The notes under the pieces are model-generated. The model saw only the letters and a list, made by a program, of their open reading frames with translations, searched no databases and was not told the origin of the DNA. From the NCBI RefSeq assembly GCF_044324875.1, contig NZ_CP172185.1: a stretch of 64,000 nucleotides of DNA; one strand, written 5' to 3'. Shown here piece after piece: positions 41,478 to 52,846 of the stretch. The position numbers and the translations under genes are program-made. The DNA is from Escherichia coli (lineage in GTDB: Bacteria; Pseudomonadota; Gammaproteobacteria; Enterobacterales; Enterobacteriaceae). Position 1 is the first letter of the stretch. The number at the start of each line of letters is the position of its first letter.

Positions 41478-42815
41478 ATGTCTTCGGATGCTGATGCTCA
41501 CAAAGTGGGCTTAATCCCCGTCACCCTGATGGTGTCGGGGAATATTATGGGGTCAGGTGTTTTTCTGTTACCTGCAAACCTGGCCTCTACTGGCGGGATT
41601 GCCATTTATGGATGGTTGGTGACGATTATCGGTGCGCTGGGGCTCTCGATGGTATACGCCAAAATGTCGTTCCTCGACCCAAGTCCTGGTGGTTCTTACG
41701 CTTACGCCCGCCGCTGCTTTGGGCCGTTTCTCGGTTATCAAACCAACGTCCTCTACTGGCTGGCCTGCTGGATCGGCAATATCGCCATGGTGGTCATTGG
41801 CGTAGGATATTTAAGTTACTTCTTCCCGATTCTGAAAGATCCACTGGTATTAACCATCACCTGCGTCGTGGTGCTGTGGATCTTCGTCCTGCTGAACATT
41901 GTCGGTCCGAAAATGATCACCCGTGTGCAGGCCGTTGCCACCGTGCTGGCGCTGATCCCCATCGTCGGGATTGCCGTATTTGGCTGGTTCTGGTTCCGTG
42001 GTGAAACCTATATGGCGGCATGGAACGTCAGCGGCCTGGGCACCTTCGGCGCGATTCAAAGTACCCTTAACGTTACGCTGTGGTCGTTCATCGGTGTGGA
42101 AAGTGCCTCCGTTGCCGCAGGTGTGGTGAAAAACCCGAAACGCAACGTCCCTATCGCCACCATTGGTGGGGTATTGATTGCCGCCGTTTGCTATGTGCTC
42201 TCCACCACCGCGATTATGGGGATGATCCCTAATGCCGCACTGCGCGTTTCTGCCTCGCCATTCGGTGATGCCGCACGGATGGCGTTGGGTGACACCGCCG
42301 GGGCCATTGTTTCCTTCTGCGCAGCTGCGGGTTGCTTAGGTTCACTGGGCGGCTGGACGTTGCTGGCGGGTCAAACGGCGAAAGCCGCTGCCGATGACGG
42401 ACTGTTCCCACCGATTTTTGCCCGTGTAAATAAAGCGGGTACGCCAGTGGCAGGGCTGATTATCGTCGGTATTTTGATGACCATCTTCCAGCTCAGTAGC
42501 ATTTCGCCAAACGCGACCAAAGAATTCGGTCTGGTGTCTTCCGTGTCGGTCATCTTTACACTGGTGCCATATCTTTACACCTGTGCGGCATTACTGCTGC
42601 TCGGCCACGGTCACTTTGGTAAAGCACGCCCGGCATACCTGGCAGTTACTACCATTGCCTTCCTCTACTGCATCTGGGCCGTAGTAGGGTCCGGCGCAAA
42701 AGAGGTTATGTGGTCATTTGTCACTCTGATGGTAATCACCGCCATGTATGCGCTGAATTACAACCGGCTGCATAAAAACCCGTATCCCTTAGATGCACCA
42801 ATAAGCAAAGATTAA
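41478..42815 (+). CDS. adiC: Arginine:agmatine antiporter
   Basis: 445 aa. Confidence 0.95.
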
Positions 42816-42840
42816 TTCCCCTTAATCAAGCAAACATAAA

Positions 42841-42877
42841 AGCCAACCTTAAGAACTTAAGGTTGGCTTAATTTTGC
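42841..42877 (+). terminator. Rho-independent terminator after adiC
   Basis: AGCCAACCTTAAG-AAC-TTAAGGTTGGCT stem followed by a T-rich tract; supports eptA start at 42919 rather than the upstream TTG. Confidence 0.55.
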
Positions 42878-42918
42878 TTTGCGAGCATATGCGCACTTTG
42901 TTCGATGGAAACACCGTG

Positions 42919-44562
42919 ATGTTGAAGCGCCTACTAAAAAGACCCTCTTTGAATTTACTCGCCTGGCTATTGTTGGCCGCTTTTTATATCTCTATCTGCC
43001 TGAATATTGCCTTTTTTAAACAGGTGTTGCAGGCGCTGCCGCTGGACTCGCTGCATAACGTACTGGTTTTCTTGTCGATGCCGGTCGTCGCCTTCAGCGT
43101 GATTAATATTGTCCTGACACTAAGCTCTTTCTTATGGCTTAATCGACCGCTGGCCTGCCTGTTTATTCTGGTCGGCGCGGCTGCACAATATTTCATAATG
43201 ACTTACGGCATCGTCATCGACCGCTCGATGATTGCCAATATTATTGATACCACTCCGGCAGAAAGTTATGCGTTGATGACGCCGCAAATGTTATTAACGC
43301 TGGGATTCAGCGGCGTGCTTGCTGCGCTGATTGCCTGCTGGATTAAAATCAAACCTGCCACCTCGCACCTGCGCAGTGTTCTTTTCCGTGGAGCCAATAT
43401 TCTGGTGTCTGTACTGCTGATTTTGCTGGTCGCCGCACTGTTTTATAAAGACTACGCCTCATTGTTCCGCAACAACAAAGAGCTGGTGAAGTCCTTAAGC
43501 CCCTCTAACAGCATTGTTGCCAGCTGGTCATGGTACTCCCATCAGCGACTGGCAAATCTGCCGCTGGTGCGAATTGGTGAAGATGCGCACCGCAACCCAT
43601 TAATGCAGAACGAGACACGTAAAAATTTGACCATCCTGATTGTCGGCGAAACCTCGCGGGCGGAGAACTTCTCCCTCAATGGCTATCCGCGTGAAACTAA
43701 CCCGCGGCTGGCAAAAGATAACGTGGTCTATTTCCCTAATACCGCATCTTGCGGCACGGCAACGGCAGTTTCAGTACCGTGCATGTTCTCGGATATGCCG
43801 CGTGAGCACTACAAAGAAGAGCTGGCACAGCACCAGGAAGGCGTGCTGGATATCATTCAGCGAGCGGGCATCAACGTGCTGTGGAATGACAACGATGGCG
43901 GCTGTAAAGGTGCCTGCGACCGCGTGCCTCACCAGAACGTCACCGCGCTGAATCTGCCTGGTCAGTGCATCAACGGCGAATGCTATGACGAAGTGCTGTT
44001 CCACGGGCTGGAAGAGTACATCAATAACCTGCAGGGTGATGGCGTGATTGTCTTACACACCATCGGCAGCCACGGTCCGACCTATTACAACCGCTATCCG
44101 CCGCAGTTCAGGAAATTTACCCCAACCTGCGACACTAACGAGATCCAGACCTGTACCAAAGAGCAACTGGTGAACACTTACGACAACACGCTGGTTTACG
44201 TCGACTATATTGTTGATAAAGCGATTAATCTGCTGAAAGAACATCAGGATAAATTTACCACCAGCCTGGTTTATCTTTCTGACCACGGTGAGTCGTTAGG
44301 TGAAAATGGCATCTATCTGCACGGTCTGCCTTATGCCATCGCCCCGGATAGCCAAAAACAGGTGCCAATGCTGCTGTGGCTGTCGGAGGATTATCAAAAA
44401 CGGTATCAGGTTGACCAGAACTGCCTGCAAAAACAGGCGCAAACGCAACACTATTCACAAGATAATTTATTCTCCACGCTATTGGGATTAACTGGCGTTG
44501 AGACGAAGTATTACCAGGCTGCGGATGATATTCTGCAAACTTGCAGGAGAGTGAGTGAATGA
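42919..44562 (+). CDS. eptA: Lipid A phosphoethanolamine transferase (EptA/PmrC)
   Basis: Start trimmed to [12 protein letters not shown]; 547 aa. Confidence 0.9.
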   Translation: MLKRLLKRPSLNLLAWLLLAAFYISICLNIAFFKQVLQALPLDSLHNVLVFLSMPVVAFSVINIVLTLSSFLWLNRPLACLFILVGAAAQYFIMTYGIVIDRSMIANIIDTTPAESYALMTPQMLLTLGFSGVLAALIACWIKIKPATSHLRSVLFRGANILVSVLLILLVAALFYKDYASLFRNNKELVKSLSPSNSIVASWSWYSHQRLANLPLVRIGEDAHRNPLMQNETRKNLTILIVGETSRAENFSLNGYPRETNPRLAKDNVVYFPNTASCGTATAVSVPCMFSDMPREHYKEELAQHQEGVLDIIQRAGINVLWNDNDGGCKGACDRVPHQNVTALNLPGQCINGECYDEVLFHGLEEYINNLQGDGVIVLHTIGSHGPTYYNRYPPQFRKFTPTCDTNEIQTCTKEQLVNTYDNTLVYVDYIVDKAINLLKEHQDKFTTSLVYLSDHGESLGENGIYLHGLPYAIAPDSQKQVPMLLWLSEDYQKRYQVDQNCLQKQAQTQHYSQDNLFSTLLGLTGVETKYYQAADDILQTCRRVSE

Positions 44563-45227
44563 AAATTCTGATTGTTGAAGACGATACGCTGTTATTGCAG
44601 GGATTGATTCTAGCGGCACAAACCGAAGGCTACGCGTGCGATGGCGTGACAACCGCGCGGATGGCGGAACAAAGCCTTGAGGCCGGTCATTACAGCCTGG
44701 TGGTACTGGATTTAGGGTTACCCGACGAAGATGGACTGCATTTTCTCGCCCGTATCCGGCAGAAAAAATACACCCTGCCGGTACTGATCCTCACCGCTCG
44801 CGATACGCTGACCGACAAAATCGCCGGGCTGGATGTCGGTGCCGATGACTATCTGGTGAAGCCTTTTGCGCTGGAAGAGTTACACGCCCGTATCCGCGCC
44901 CTGCTACGACGCCATAATAATCAGGGCGAAAGTGAGCTGATTGTTGGCAATCTGACGCTGAATATGGGTCGCCGTCAGGTATGGATGGGCGGTGAAGAGT
45001 TGATTCTGACGCCCAAAGAATATGCTCTGCTGTCACGGTTAATGCTCAAAGCAGGCAGTCCGGTGCATCGGGAAATTCTCTACAACGACATCTATAACTG
45101 GGACAATGAACCCTCGACCAACACCCTGGAAGTGCATATCCACAATCTGCGCGACAAAGTGGGCAAAGCCCGTATCCGCACCGTGCGCGGCTTTGGCTAT
45201 ATGCTGGTCGCGAATGAGGAAAACTAA
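44559..45227 (+). CDS. basR: Response regulator BasR (PmrA)
   Basis: 222 aa. Confidence 0.95.
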   Translation: MKILIVEDDTLLLQGLILAAQTEGYACDGVTTARMAEQSLEAGHYSLVVLDLGLPDEDGLHFLARIRQKKYTLPVLILTARDTLTDKIAGLDVGADDYLVKPFALEELHARIRALLRRHNNQGESELIVGNLTLNMGRRQVWMGGEELILTPKEYALLSRLMLKAGSPVHREILYNDIYNWDNEPSTNTLEVHIHNLRDKVGKARIRTVRGFGYMLVANEEN

Positions 45228-45236
45228 TTGAATCTG

Positions 45237-46328
45237 ATGCGTTTTCTGCGCCGACCAATATCGCTGCGCCAACGGCTGATATTGACCATTGGGGCCATTT
45301 TGTTGGTGTTTGAGCTGATCAGCGTCTTCTGGCTATGGCATGAAAGTACCGAGCAGATTCAGCTGTTTGAGCAGGCGCTACGCGACAATCGCAACAACGA
45401 TCGCCACATCATGCGTGAGATCCGCGAGGCGGTCGCCAGCCTGATCGTCCCCGGCGTCTTTATGGTCAGCCTGACGCTATTTATCTGCTATCAGGCGGTA
45501 CGCCGCATCACCCGGCCGCTGGCGGAGCTGCAAAAAGAGCTGGAAGCGCGCACCGCCGACAACTTAACGCCTATTGCCATTCACAGCGCCACCCTCGAAA
45601 TCGAAGCGGTGGTTTCGGCGTTGAACGATCTGGTCAGTCGCCTGACCAGCACGCTGGATAACGAAAGGTTGTTTACCGCTGACGTCGCGCACGAACTGCG
45701 AACGCCACTGGCGGGGGTGCGTTTGCATCTGGAACTGCTGGCGAAAACGCATCACATTGATGTAGCACCGTTAGTGGCTCGACTTGATCAGATGATGGAG
45801 AGTGTCTCCCAGCTGCTGCAACTGGCGCGTGCCGGACAGTCATTTTCTTCCGGGAATTATCAACATGTAAAACTGCTGGAAGATGTCATTCTCCCCTCGT
45901 ATGACGAACTCAGTACCATGCTCGACCAGCGACAGCAAACCCTGCTATTGCCAGAGAGCGCCGCCGACATCACCGTTCAGGGTGATGCAACCCTGCTGCG
46001 GATGTTATTGCGAAACCTGGTAGAAAACGCCCATCGTTACAGCCCGCAAGGCAGCAACATTATGATTAAGCTGCAAGAAGATGGCGGAGCGGTCATGGCC
46101 GTTGAAGATGAAGGACCGGGTATTGATGAGAGTAAATGCGGGGAGTTGAGTAAAGCGTTTGTACGTATGGACAGCCGTTATGGCGGGATTGGTCTGGGGT
46201 TAAGTATTGTCAGCCGCATTACACAGTTGCATCACGGGCAGTTTTTCCTGCAAAACCGGCAAGAGACTTCCGGCACGCGGGCCTGGGTACGGCTGAAGAA
46301 AGATCAGTACGTGGCAAACCAGATATAA
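45237..46328 (+). CDS. basS: Sensor kinase BasS (PmrB)
   Basis: Track start is TTG at 45228; first ATG at 45237 gives 363 aa. Confidence 0.9.
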   Translation: MRFLRRPISLRQRLILTIGAILLVFELISVFWLWHESTEQIQLFEQALRDNRNNDRHIMREIREAVASLIVPGVFMVSLTLFICYQAVRRITRPLAELQKELEARTADNLTPIAIHSATLEIEAVVSALNDLVSRLTSTLDNERLFTADVAHELRTPLAGVRLHLELLAKTHHIDVAPLVARLDQMMESVSQLLQLARAGQSFSSGNYQHVKLLEDVILPSYDELSTMLDQRQQTLLLPESAADITVQGDATLLRMLLRNLVENAHRYSPQGSNIMIKLQEDGGAVMAVEDEGPGIDESKCGELSKAFVRMDSRYGGIGLGLSIVSRITQLHHGQFFLQNRQETSGTRAWVRLKKDQYVANQI

Positions 46329-46393
46329 AGAAAGCTGCTGACCACCAGCACGCTGAACACGGTAGTTAAACTTTCATAAACACGGTTTTTCAT
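46304..46393 (-). CDS. pmrR: PmrR, 29-aa membrane peptide; not in ORF track
   Basis: Manual translation MKNRVYESLTTVFSVLVVSSFLYIWFATY; 3' end overlaps the basS 3' end convergently. Confidence 0.8.
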   Translation of the reverse strand: MKNRVYESLTTVFSVLVVSSFLYIWFATY

Positions 46394-46504
46394 TGCACTC
46401 TCCTCCGTTAACCTGGAGGAGAGTATGCGCGTCAGAGATTAAGTGAACCTTAAGACTTCAATTGGCCTGATAAGACAGCGTCACATCAGGCCATCCGTTT
46501 CAGC

Positions 46505-48007
46505 TTATTCATCAATTCGCGGATGTTGCTGCACCAGGCGAGTACGTTTCGCCTGCAAATCGGCAATCTCGTGGTCAATATCATCGATTTTCTGCTCGAT
46601 ATTATCGTAATGCTCGACGAGAATTTCCTTCGCTTCCTGTATATCTGACGCCGCCGGTGTCGCACCTTTCAACGGACGATTCGCCGTCTCTTTCATGGTT
46701 ACGCCGGTGATTAAACCAACCACCGCCACTACCATCAGGTAATAGGCAGGCATCATCAAATTCTGCGAGCTTTCGACCAGCCAGGCCGCCAGCGTTGGCG
46801 TCAGACCGGCAACCAGCACCGAAATATTAAATGCCGCCGCCAGCGCGCTGTAACGGATATGCGTCGGGAACATCGCTGGCAAGGTAGAGGCCATAACGCC
46901 CGTAAAGCAGTTAAGGATCACCGCCAGCATCAGTAACCCGGCAAAAATCAGGCCGATGACGTTACTGTTAATCAGAATAAACGCCGGGATCGCCAACACA
47001 AACAGTGCAACACTACCAAGTAGCACAAACGGACGACGGCCAAAACGGTCACTCAGCAAGCCCATCACCGGCTGGACAAACAGCATACCGATCATAATGG
47101 CGATAATAATCAGCACCCCGTGGTCTTCGGAGTAATGCAGGTTATGCGACAAATAACTCGGCATATAGGTCAGCAACATGTAGTAAGTCACGTTGGTGGC
47201 AATTACCAGACCAATACATGTCAACAGGCTGCGCCAGTATTTAGTGGCAATCTCTTTAAACGAGACTTTCGGGCCATCCTGCAAACCTTCGCGGTCGCCC
47301 TGCTCCAGTTTATCAACATGCTGCTGGAACGCCGGAGTCTCTTCCAGCGCATGGCGCAGGTAAAGCCCGATAATCCCTAACGGCAGAGCAATAAAGAACG
47401 GAATACGCCAGCCCCAGTCGAGGAAGTTCGCTTCGCCGACAATGGTCGAAATTAACACCACCACGCCCGCACCCAGCACAAACCCGGCAATAGAACCGAA
47501 GTCCAGCCAGCTGCCCATAAATCCACGTTTACGGTCAGGGGAGTATTCCGCAACAAATATCGACGCCCCGGTATATTCACCGCCGACCGAGAAACCTTGT
47601 GCCATCTTACAGATCAACAGCAGAATCGGTGCCCAAATACCAATCGTGTCGTAGGACGGTATTAAGCCAATACAGAAGGTACTGATCGACATAATCACAA
47701 TAGTGATAGCGAGGATCTTCTGGCGACCATATTTATCGCCCAACATACCAAAGAAGAGTCCACCAAGCGGTCGAATCAGAAAGGGAACGGAGAAAGTGGC
47801 AAGTGCAGCAACCATCTGCACGCTGGGGTCAGCCCCCGGGAAAAAAACTTTACCTAATGCGTAAGCAACAAAACCATAAACACCAAAATCGAACCATTCC
47901 ATTGCATTACCCAGTGATGCTGCGGTAATGGCTTTACGCAATTTACCGTCATCAATAATGGTGACATCACGAAGGGTAATCGGTTTTACTTTTTTCCTTT
48001 TCAGCAT
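46505..48007 (-). CDS. proP: Proline/glycine-betaine:H+ symporter
   Basis: Start trimmed to MLKRKKVKPITL; 500 aa. Confidence 0.95.
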   Translation of the reverse strand: MLKRKKVKPITLRDVTIIDDGKLRKAITAASLGNAMEWFDFGVYGFVAYALGKVFFPGADPSVQMVAALATFSVPFLIRPLGGLFFGMLGDKYGRQKILAITIVIMSISTFCIGLIPSYDTIGIWAPILLLICKMAQGFSVGGEYTGASIFVAEYSPDRKRGFMGSWLDFGSIAGFVLGAGVVVLISTIVGEANFLDWGWRIPFFIALPLGIIGLYLRHALEETPAFQQHVDKLEQGDREGLQDGPKVSFKEIATKYWRSLLTCIGLVIATNVTYYMLLTYMPSYLSHNLHYSEDHGVLIIIAIMIGMLFVQPVMGLLSDRFGRRPFVLLGSVALFVLAIPAFILINSNVIGLIFAGLLMLAVILNCFTGVMASTLPAMFPTHIRYSALAAAFNISVLVAGLTPTLAAWLVESSQNLMMPAYYLMVVAVVGLITGVTMKETANRPLKGATPAASDIQEAKEILVEHYDNIEQKIDDIDHEIADLQAKRTRLVQQHPRIDE

Positions 48008-48270
48008 AGCTTTCCTCGCAGAGTTGGCCCATTTCCGCAAACGCCAGAAAAATCAGCGCGACGGCCGCAAAAGGGGAGCGGGAATTGCAGGATGCAATCT
48101 CTGTAACAAGCGTAGCGGGTTTGCTTACACCCTCCGGTTAAGGAATGTACAATCAAACCAGTTGACGCCTGAATTGGGCAGTTAATGACCTTTTTACCCT
48201 ACCAGTGTTTAAATTTGTGATCAACTTCACATATGGATTTCGTTTAGGACTCATTGATGTAACTGATTAT

Positions 48271-49149
48271 TTACACCAAATTTACAGAGAAGATTTCCTC
48301 GACCATTGCCCCCGCCAGACGCTGCGCTGAACAGAGTCGTGGCATCCCCAGCGCGACAGTTTGCCAGCGTTGGGTCACTGACCAGCAAACGGGTTGTTTA
48401 TCTACCGTGGTCCACTTTCCCAGCCAACTTAAAAAATCAGCATGATCCCCGCCCGTCGGAACGGTCGAAGAGGCAAACCACTGATGGTAATAGTGACGCG
48501 TGGTCGGGGCCGCATTGATACTCTCTGCCAGATGTTGTGTCGCTTTCACGCGCAAATCACCCAGCAACAACGCCACCGCTTGCGGGCTTCCCAGACGGCA
48601 GGCATCGCCAAATGCCCCCCAGCGCAACTCCTCCAGAACGATAAAACAGCGCCCAGGCAACGACCAGGCGTTATACGCCCCAGCACGCCAGCGGGTAAAA
48701 ATTTGCTCGCTCTGTTCACCCGCCTGCACCAGTAGGCCTCGTTGCGTTAACGCCTTTTCCTTCCAGCGACAACGGGCTGAAAACCACTCATACAAGGCGG
48801 CAATTTGCTGGGGGAGCTCCGGGAAAGCAGAGTGCTGGCGGTGATCCATTTTTTGCAGCAGCGCCAGATGCTGCGCGATCTGCGTCAGTGCCAGATGACC
48901 GGGATCCAGCATCGACGCCAGTTTTTCAACCAATGTCAGACGCAGGCTAAGCGGCGCATTTAACATCCCGCCGTTCGTCCATGCCTGAAGCTGCACACGC
49001 GCAAGAAGTTCCTGCATCAGTCGTTCACGAAACTGCTGCTGATGGGCTTGTGGATGGCGGGCATCATCGCCCTGCGCCAGATCCACTAAAAAGCGCGGAT
49101 GAACCGACTCCAGCACGCGACCGGGGCCGTCAAGTAACGTCTTGGTCAA
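48271..49149 (-). CDS. yjcZ: YjcZ
   Basis: 292 aa. Confidence 0.8.
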   Translation of the reverse strand: MTKTLLDGPGRVLESVHPRFLVDLAQGDDARHPQAHQQQFRERLMQELLARVQLQAWTNGGMLNAPLSLRLTLVEKLASMLDPGHLALTQIAQHLALLQKMDHRQHSAFPELPQQIAALYEWFSARCRWKEKALTQRGLLVQAGEQSEQIFTRWRAGAYNAWSLPGRCFIVLEELRWGAFGDACRLGSPQAVALLLGDLRVKATQHLAESINAAPTTRHYYHQWFASSTVPTGGDHADFLSWLGKWTTVDKQPVCWSVTQRWQTVALGMPRLCSAQRLAGAMVEEIFSVNLV

Positions 49150-51374
49150 TATCGTTCTGCCGTGAAAAGTGTTTGAATATCATCGCGTAACAGCTGAGCG
49201 TCGGTATAAATCCAGCTGTGAGTCATCACAGTCTGCTGCAATTGCTGCTGCATCAGCCTGACCACCGATTCATTTTGTTGACGCAGAGCCAGGCTTTCGC
49301 GTAAACGCGTCTGTAATTCCGTCAAACATGAAGCGAACTCAGCGAAAAAAGTATTCATGCCTGCCGTAACAGATTCATCGACCTGCTCTGCCAGAACTTT
49401 AGCCATTTGTTGGCAATAAAGATCGACTTCTGCGCTTAATGCTCGTTGCAACACACTGTAATCAACCGTCTCTGTCGGGGATTTCTCATTTCCCCGTCCC
49501 CAGTCGGGCTGATTCAACCAGCGCGAAAAAGTCTCACGCACAACGCCTAAACGCGTGCTCTGCTCGTCCGTTGCTTCCTGGCGCGAAATGACTTCACTGA
49601 ACAGCTGGCGAGTGTTGAAGTGGGGAACTGCGCCGTGAAAAACAGGAAAATGAAACCCAGGACGAAACCCTGACTCGCTCAATTCCATTTTGATTTGTTG
49701 CTCAATGGGGCGAATAACATCGGTTAACACCCGGCAAAGGGTGGATTCCAGCTCGGCAAAACGCAGCGTAAAGTCGCGACTAATGGTGTTCTGCGCCGTC
49801 TGTAACAGTGTCTCACAGCGGGTACGAATCTCGCTTAACGGCTCCGAATCATCCTGAAACAAGGCGGCTAACTGCGCATTCAGCGCATCTTGCTGTTGAC
49901 GCAGAAAGTGGTTGGCGGAGGTCAGGGCCAGCTCGATTTCATGTTTAATCTCGCCGCTCACCTGCGCCTGATTGAGTTGCAATAGCTGCAAACTTTCTTC
50001 GATCTGATGGATATTTTGCCGCAATTGTTCACAAGCGACGTTTAACCCGTGCGCACGAAAATCCAGGTATTCCCGCGCCTGCTGCGCGTAATTCAACAGT
50101 TTATGCGCGGCAGATCGCAGAGCATACAACGAGGCGTTAGCGTAAGCGGCATGAAGCAACGCCTGAATTGGCTGGGCGAACAGCGAATCTTCCCACAACT
50201 GATCGGCAGCATGACGAATATGTTCGAGGTCAGCCAGATCGGCATGACGCCAGCGCCTGCCGAGCGCGGCATGGGCAAAATCTTCCACCCAGCGTTGTTG
50301 CTCTGGCGGTGGTAACTTACCGTTGTTGGCTAACTCATGGCGCGCCCGATTCGCCAGGTAGCCCCACATCGACGACACCGGAAATATCTGCTGTGGCGTA
50401 ATACAGCCTTTCATCAGCGTCCCGGAAATCAGTGCCCGCACCTGGTCGGCGTCGTCACTGTTACGATCCTGTTGATCGAACTTATTGACCAGCACATACA
50501 GCGGCACCGATTGCCCCACCGCCAAAATCGCCTCACGGACCTCTTCATCGGAGATCGATTTCAGTTGCGTATAATCCAGCACTGCCAGTACCGCCGAGGC
50601 GCGTGCCAGCTGCTGGTTAAGCATTTTTTGCAGATGCGGTTGCCCGGCTTCATTTGGCCCGGGGGTATCCAGTAACGTCAACTGACCGGGATAACTCTCC
50701 AGCCCCGCCAGATGGACAAACTCCACTTCAATCACGGGAATATGCTCAATGGCGGCGTAAGCAGAAAAAGGAAAATCGACGTCCAGCGCCTTCGCCAGTC
50801 GCACCAAATCATTCAAACTTTTCAGACAATGAAAAATAGGCTGGGCACCCAGATAATATTTTTCGAAAGCGACGCCATTTTCGATCCGCTGCATAAGCGC
50901 ACGCATATCTTTATCTATTTCCAGCACATCGGTCAGATGCTTAATATCGCAATCACGCAGGCGCTGTTGTAATTTTTGAATTAAACAATCGATTGGCGCG
51001 ACATGTGAAAAATGCAGTACCGGTTCCTTTTGCCCGGGCGTATGGCGAATAAGCGTCGGCAGCGCAGTCATTGGGCGATTACGATTAGGCAAAACCTCCG
51101 TACCAACAATGGCATTAATGGTGGTTGATTTCCCTGCTTTCATGGTACCGACAATCGCCAGCACCATTTCCAGTCGGGAAATTTTACGCAACTCATTATT
51201 CAGCATCGCGTGACGTTCGGCGATATTAGGCTGACTCCAGGGTAAAGCCAGTTGTGGCGCATCGTCTCCGGGGACAGAGAGAGGCATTTTTTCCAGTAAC
51301 TGCAACTGTTGGCGAGAAAGCTGTAACAGGCGTTCAGCCTCCTGACTTAACTCATACAGGGTCTGTGTGTACAT
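49146..51374 (-). CDS. crfC: Dynamin-like GTPase CrfC (YjdA)
   Basis: 742 aa with G-domain motifs. Confidence 0.85.
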   Translation of the reverse strand: MYTQTLYELSQEAERLLQLSRQQLQLLEKMPLSVPGDDAPQLALPWSQPNIAERHAMLNNELRKISRLEMVLAIVGTMKAGKSTTINAIVGTEVLPNRNRPMTALPTLIRHTPGQKEPVLHFSHVAPIDCLIQKLQQRLRDCDIKHLTDVLEIDKDMRALMQRIENGVAFEKYYLGAQPIFHCLKSLNDLVRLAKALDVDFPFSAYAAIEHIPVIEVEFVHLAGLESYPGQLTLLDTPGPNEAGQPHLQKMLNQQLARASAVLAVLDYTQLKSISDEEVREAILAVGQSVPLYVLVNKFDQQDRNSDDADQVRALISGTLMKGCITPQQIFPVSSMWGYLANRARHELANNGKLPPPEQQRWVEDFAHAALGRRWRHADLADLEHIRHAADQLWEDSLFAQPIQALLHAAYANASLYALRSAAHKLLNYAQQAREYLDFRAHGLNVACEQLRQNIHQIEESLQLLQLNQAQVSGEIKHEIELALTSANHFLRQQQDALNAQLAALFQDDSEPLSEIRTRCETLLQTAQNTISRDFTLRFAELESTLCRVLTDVIRPIEQQIKMELSESGFRPGFHFPVFHGAVPHFNTRQLFSEVISRQEATDEQSTRLGVVRETFSRWLNQPDWGRGNEKSPTETVDYSVLQRALSAEVDLYCQQMAKVLAEQVDESVTAGMNTFFAEFASCLTELQTRLRESLALRQQNESVVRLMQQQLQQTVMTHSWIYTDAQLLRDDIQTLFTAERY

Positions 51375-51775
51375 AGAAAATTCTTCCTTAAAGCAAATTT
51401 TGTTACTTTTATTTAGCCAGATTGTTTTTGAGTTCTGTTTTCGGCTTTTATAATTACTGCAAGAAATAATTTTATATTTAGCGTGTTGTTTTTTATTAGA
51501 ATAAATAACGTCTTCCGATACGTTTAAAACGTCAGAAAGATAAAAATATCATTTGAATTAAAAAAAGAACAAGTAGAGCATTAACCTTATCTTAAATAAT
51601 AAATGGAGGCAAAAAGATTATTTTCTTTTTGCGTTTCCTTTCAAATGAAAACGATCGTCGTCTAAAATCAGCAGTACCCCCGACAAACTCAGGGATTTTG
51701 TGTATAATTGCGGCCTTTTTCGGCAATCTGCCGTTTTTTGGCGCTTTTGCCCTGCTGACTTTTGAGGAAATCCAC

Positions 51776-52111
51776 ATGTCATTACCACACTGCCCAAAAT
51801 GCAACTCCGAATACACCTACGAAGATAACGGCATGTACATCTGCCCGGAATGTGCCTACGAATGGAACGACGCAGAACCTGCACAGGAAAGCGACGAGCT
51901 GATCGTTAAAGATGCTAACGGCAATCTGCTGGCTGACGGCGACAGCGTTACCATCATTAAAGATCTGAAGGTGAAAGGTAGCTCTTCGATGCTGAAAATT
52001 GGCACCAAAGTGAAAAACATCCGCCTGGTTGAAGGCGACCATAACATCGATTGCAAAATCGACGGTTTTGGTCCGATGAAACTGAAATCTGAGTTTGTGA
52101 AAAAGAACTGA
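51776..52111 (+). CDS. phnA: PhnA zinc-ribbon protein
   Basis: Start trimmed to [17 protein letters not shown]; 111 aa; TATAAT-like -10 upstream. Confidence 0.9.
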
Positions 52112-52114
52112 TTG

Positions 52115-52210
52115 TATTGTGATCGGTAAGCCGGATAAGGCGCTCGCGCCGCATCCGGCAACGATGCCGACAGCCTGATGCGACGCTGACCGCGTCTTAT
52201 CAGGCTTCCC
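52115..52210. repeat. REP/BIME-type extragenic palindromic element
   Basis: GCCGGATAAGGCGC...GCATCCGGCA and GCCTGATGCGACGCTG...CTTATCAGGC motifs. Confidence 0.6.
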
Positions 52211-52270
52211 TCTCATCTGTATAAATTTCGAACTACACTTAACTGGCTTCTCTTAACTGAGGTCACCATC

Positions 52271-52714
52271 ATGCCGTTAAGTCCCTACCTCTCTTTTGCC
52301 GGTAACTGTGCCGACGCAATTGCTTATTATCAACGTACGTTGGGCGCTGAACTGCTCTATAAAATCAGCTTCGGCGAAATGCCAAAATCAGCGCAGGACA
52401 GCGCCGAGAACTGCCCTTCCGGAATGCAATTTCCCGATACCGCCATCGCCCACGCCAATGTGCGCATTGCCGGAAGCGATATCATGATGAGCGATGCTAT
52501 ACCGTCAGGAAAAGCCAGCTACTCCGGCTTTACGCTGGTGCTCGATTCGCAACAGGTCGAAGAAGGAAAACGCTGGTTTGACAACCTTGCCGCTAACGGA
52601 AAAATCGAAATGGCCTGGCAGGAAACTTTCTGGGCGCATGGCTTCGGCAAAGTCACCGATAAATTTGGCGTACCGTGGATGATTAATGTCGTCAAACAAC
52701 AACCAACGCAATAA
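52271..52714 (+). CDS. phnB: PhnB
   Basis: 147 aa. Confidence 0.9.
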   Translation: MPLSPYLSFAGNCADAIAYYQRTLGAELLYKISFGEMPKSAQDSAENCPSGMQFPDTAIAHANVRIAGSDIMMSDAIPSGKASYSGFTLVLDSQQVEEGKRWFDNLAANGKIEMAWQETFWAHGFGKVTDKFGVPWMINVVKQQPTQ

Positions 52715-52769
52715 TCCGCCGGGAGGCCCGCCCTCCCGCACTGTCATCGAATTCCCGTTAACTCTTCAT

Positions 52770-52815
52770 CTGTTAGTCACTTTTAATTAACCAAATCGTC
52801 ACAATAATCCGCCAC
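52770..52815 (+). promoter_or_regulatory. Candidate Pho box upstream of phnC
   Basis: CTGTTAGTCACTTTTAATTAACCAAATCGTCACAATAATC shows 7+4 nt periodicity typical of PhoB sites. Confidence 0.45.
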
Positions 52816-52846
52816 GATGGAGCCACTTTTTTAGGGAGGCTGCATC

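Noticed and set aside
45228-45236. TTG start for basS directly abutting the basR stop
   Set aside because: An in-frame ATG three codons downstream gives the conventional 363-aa protein; the TTG is an ORF-caller extension.
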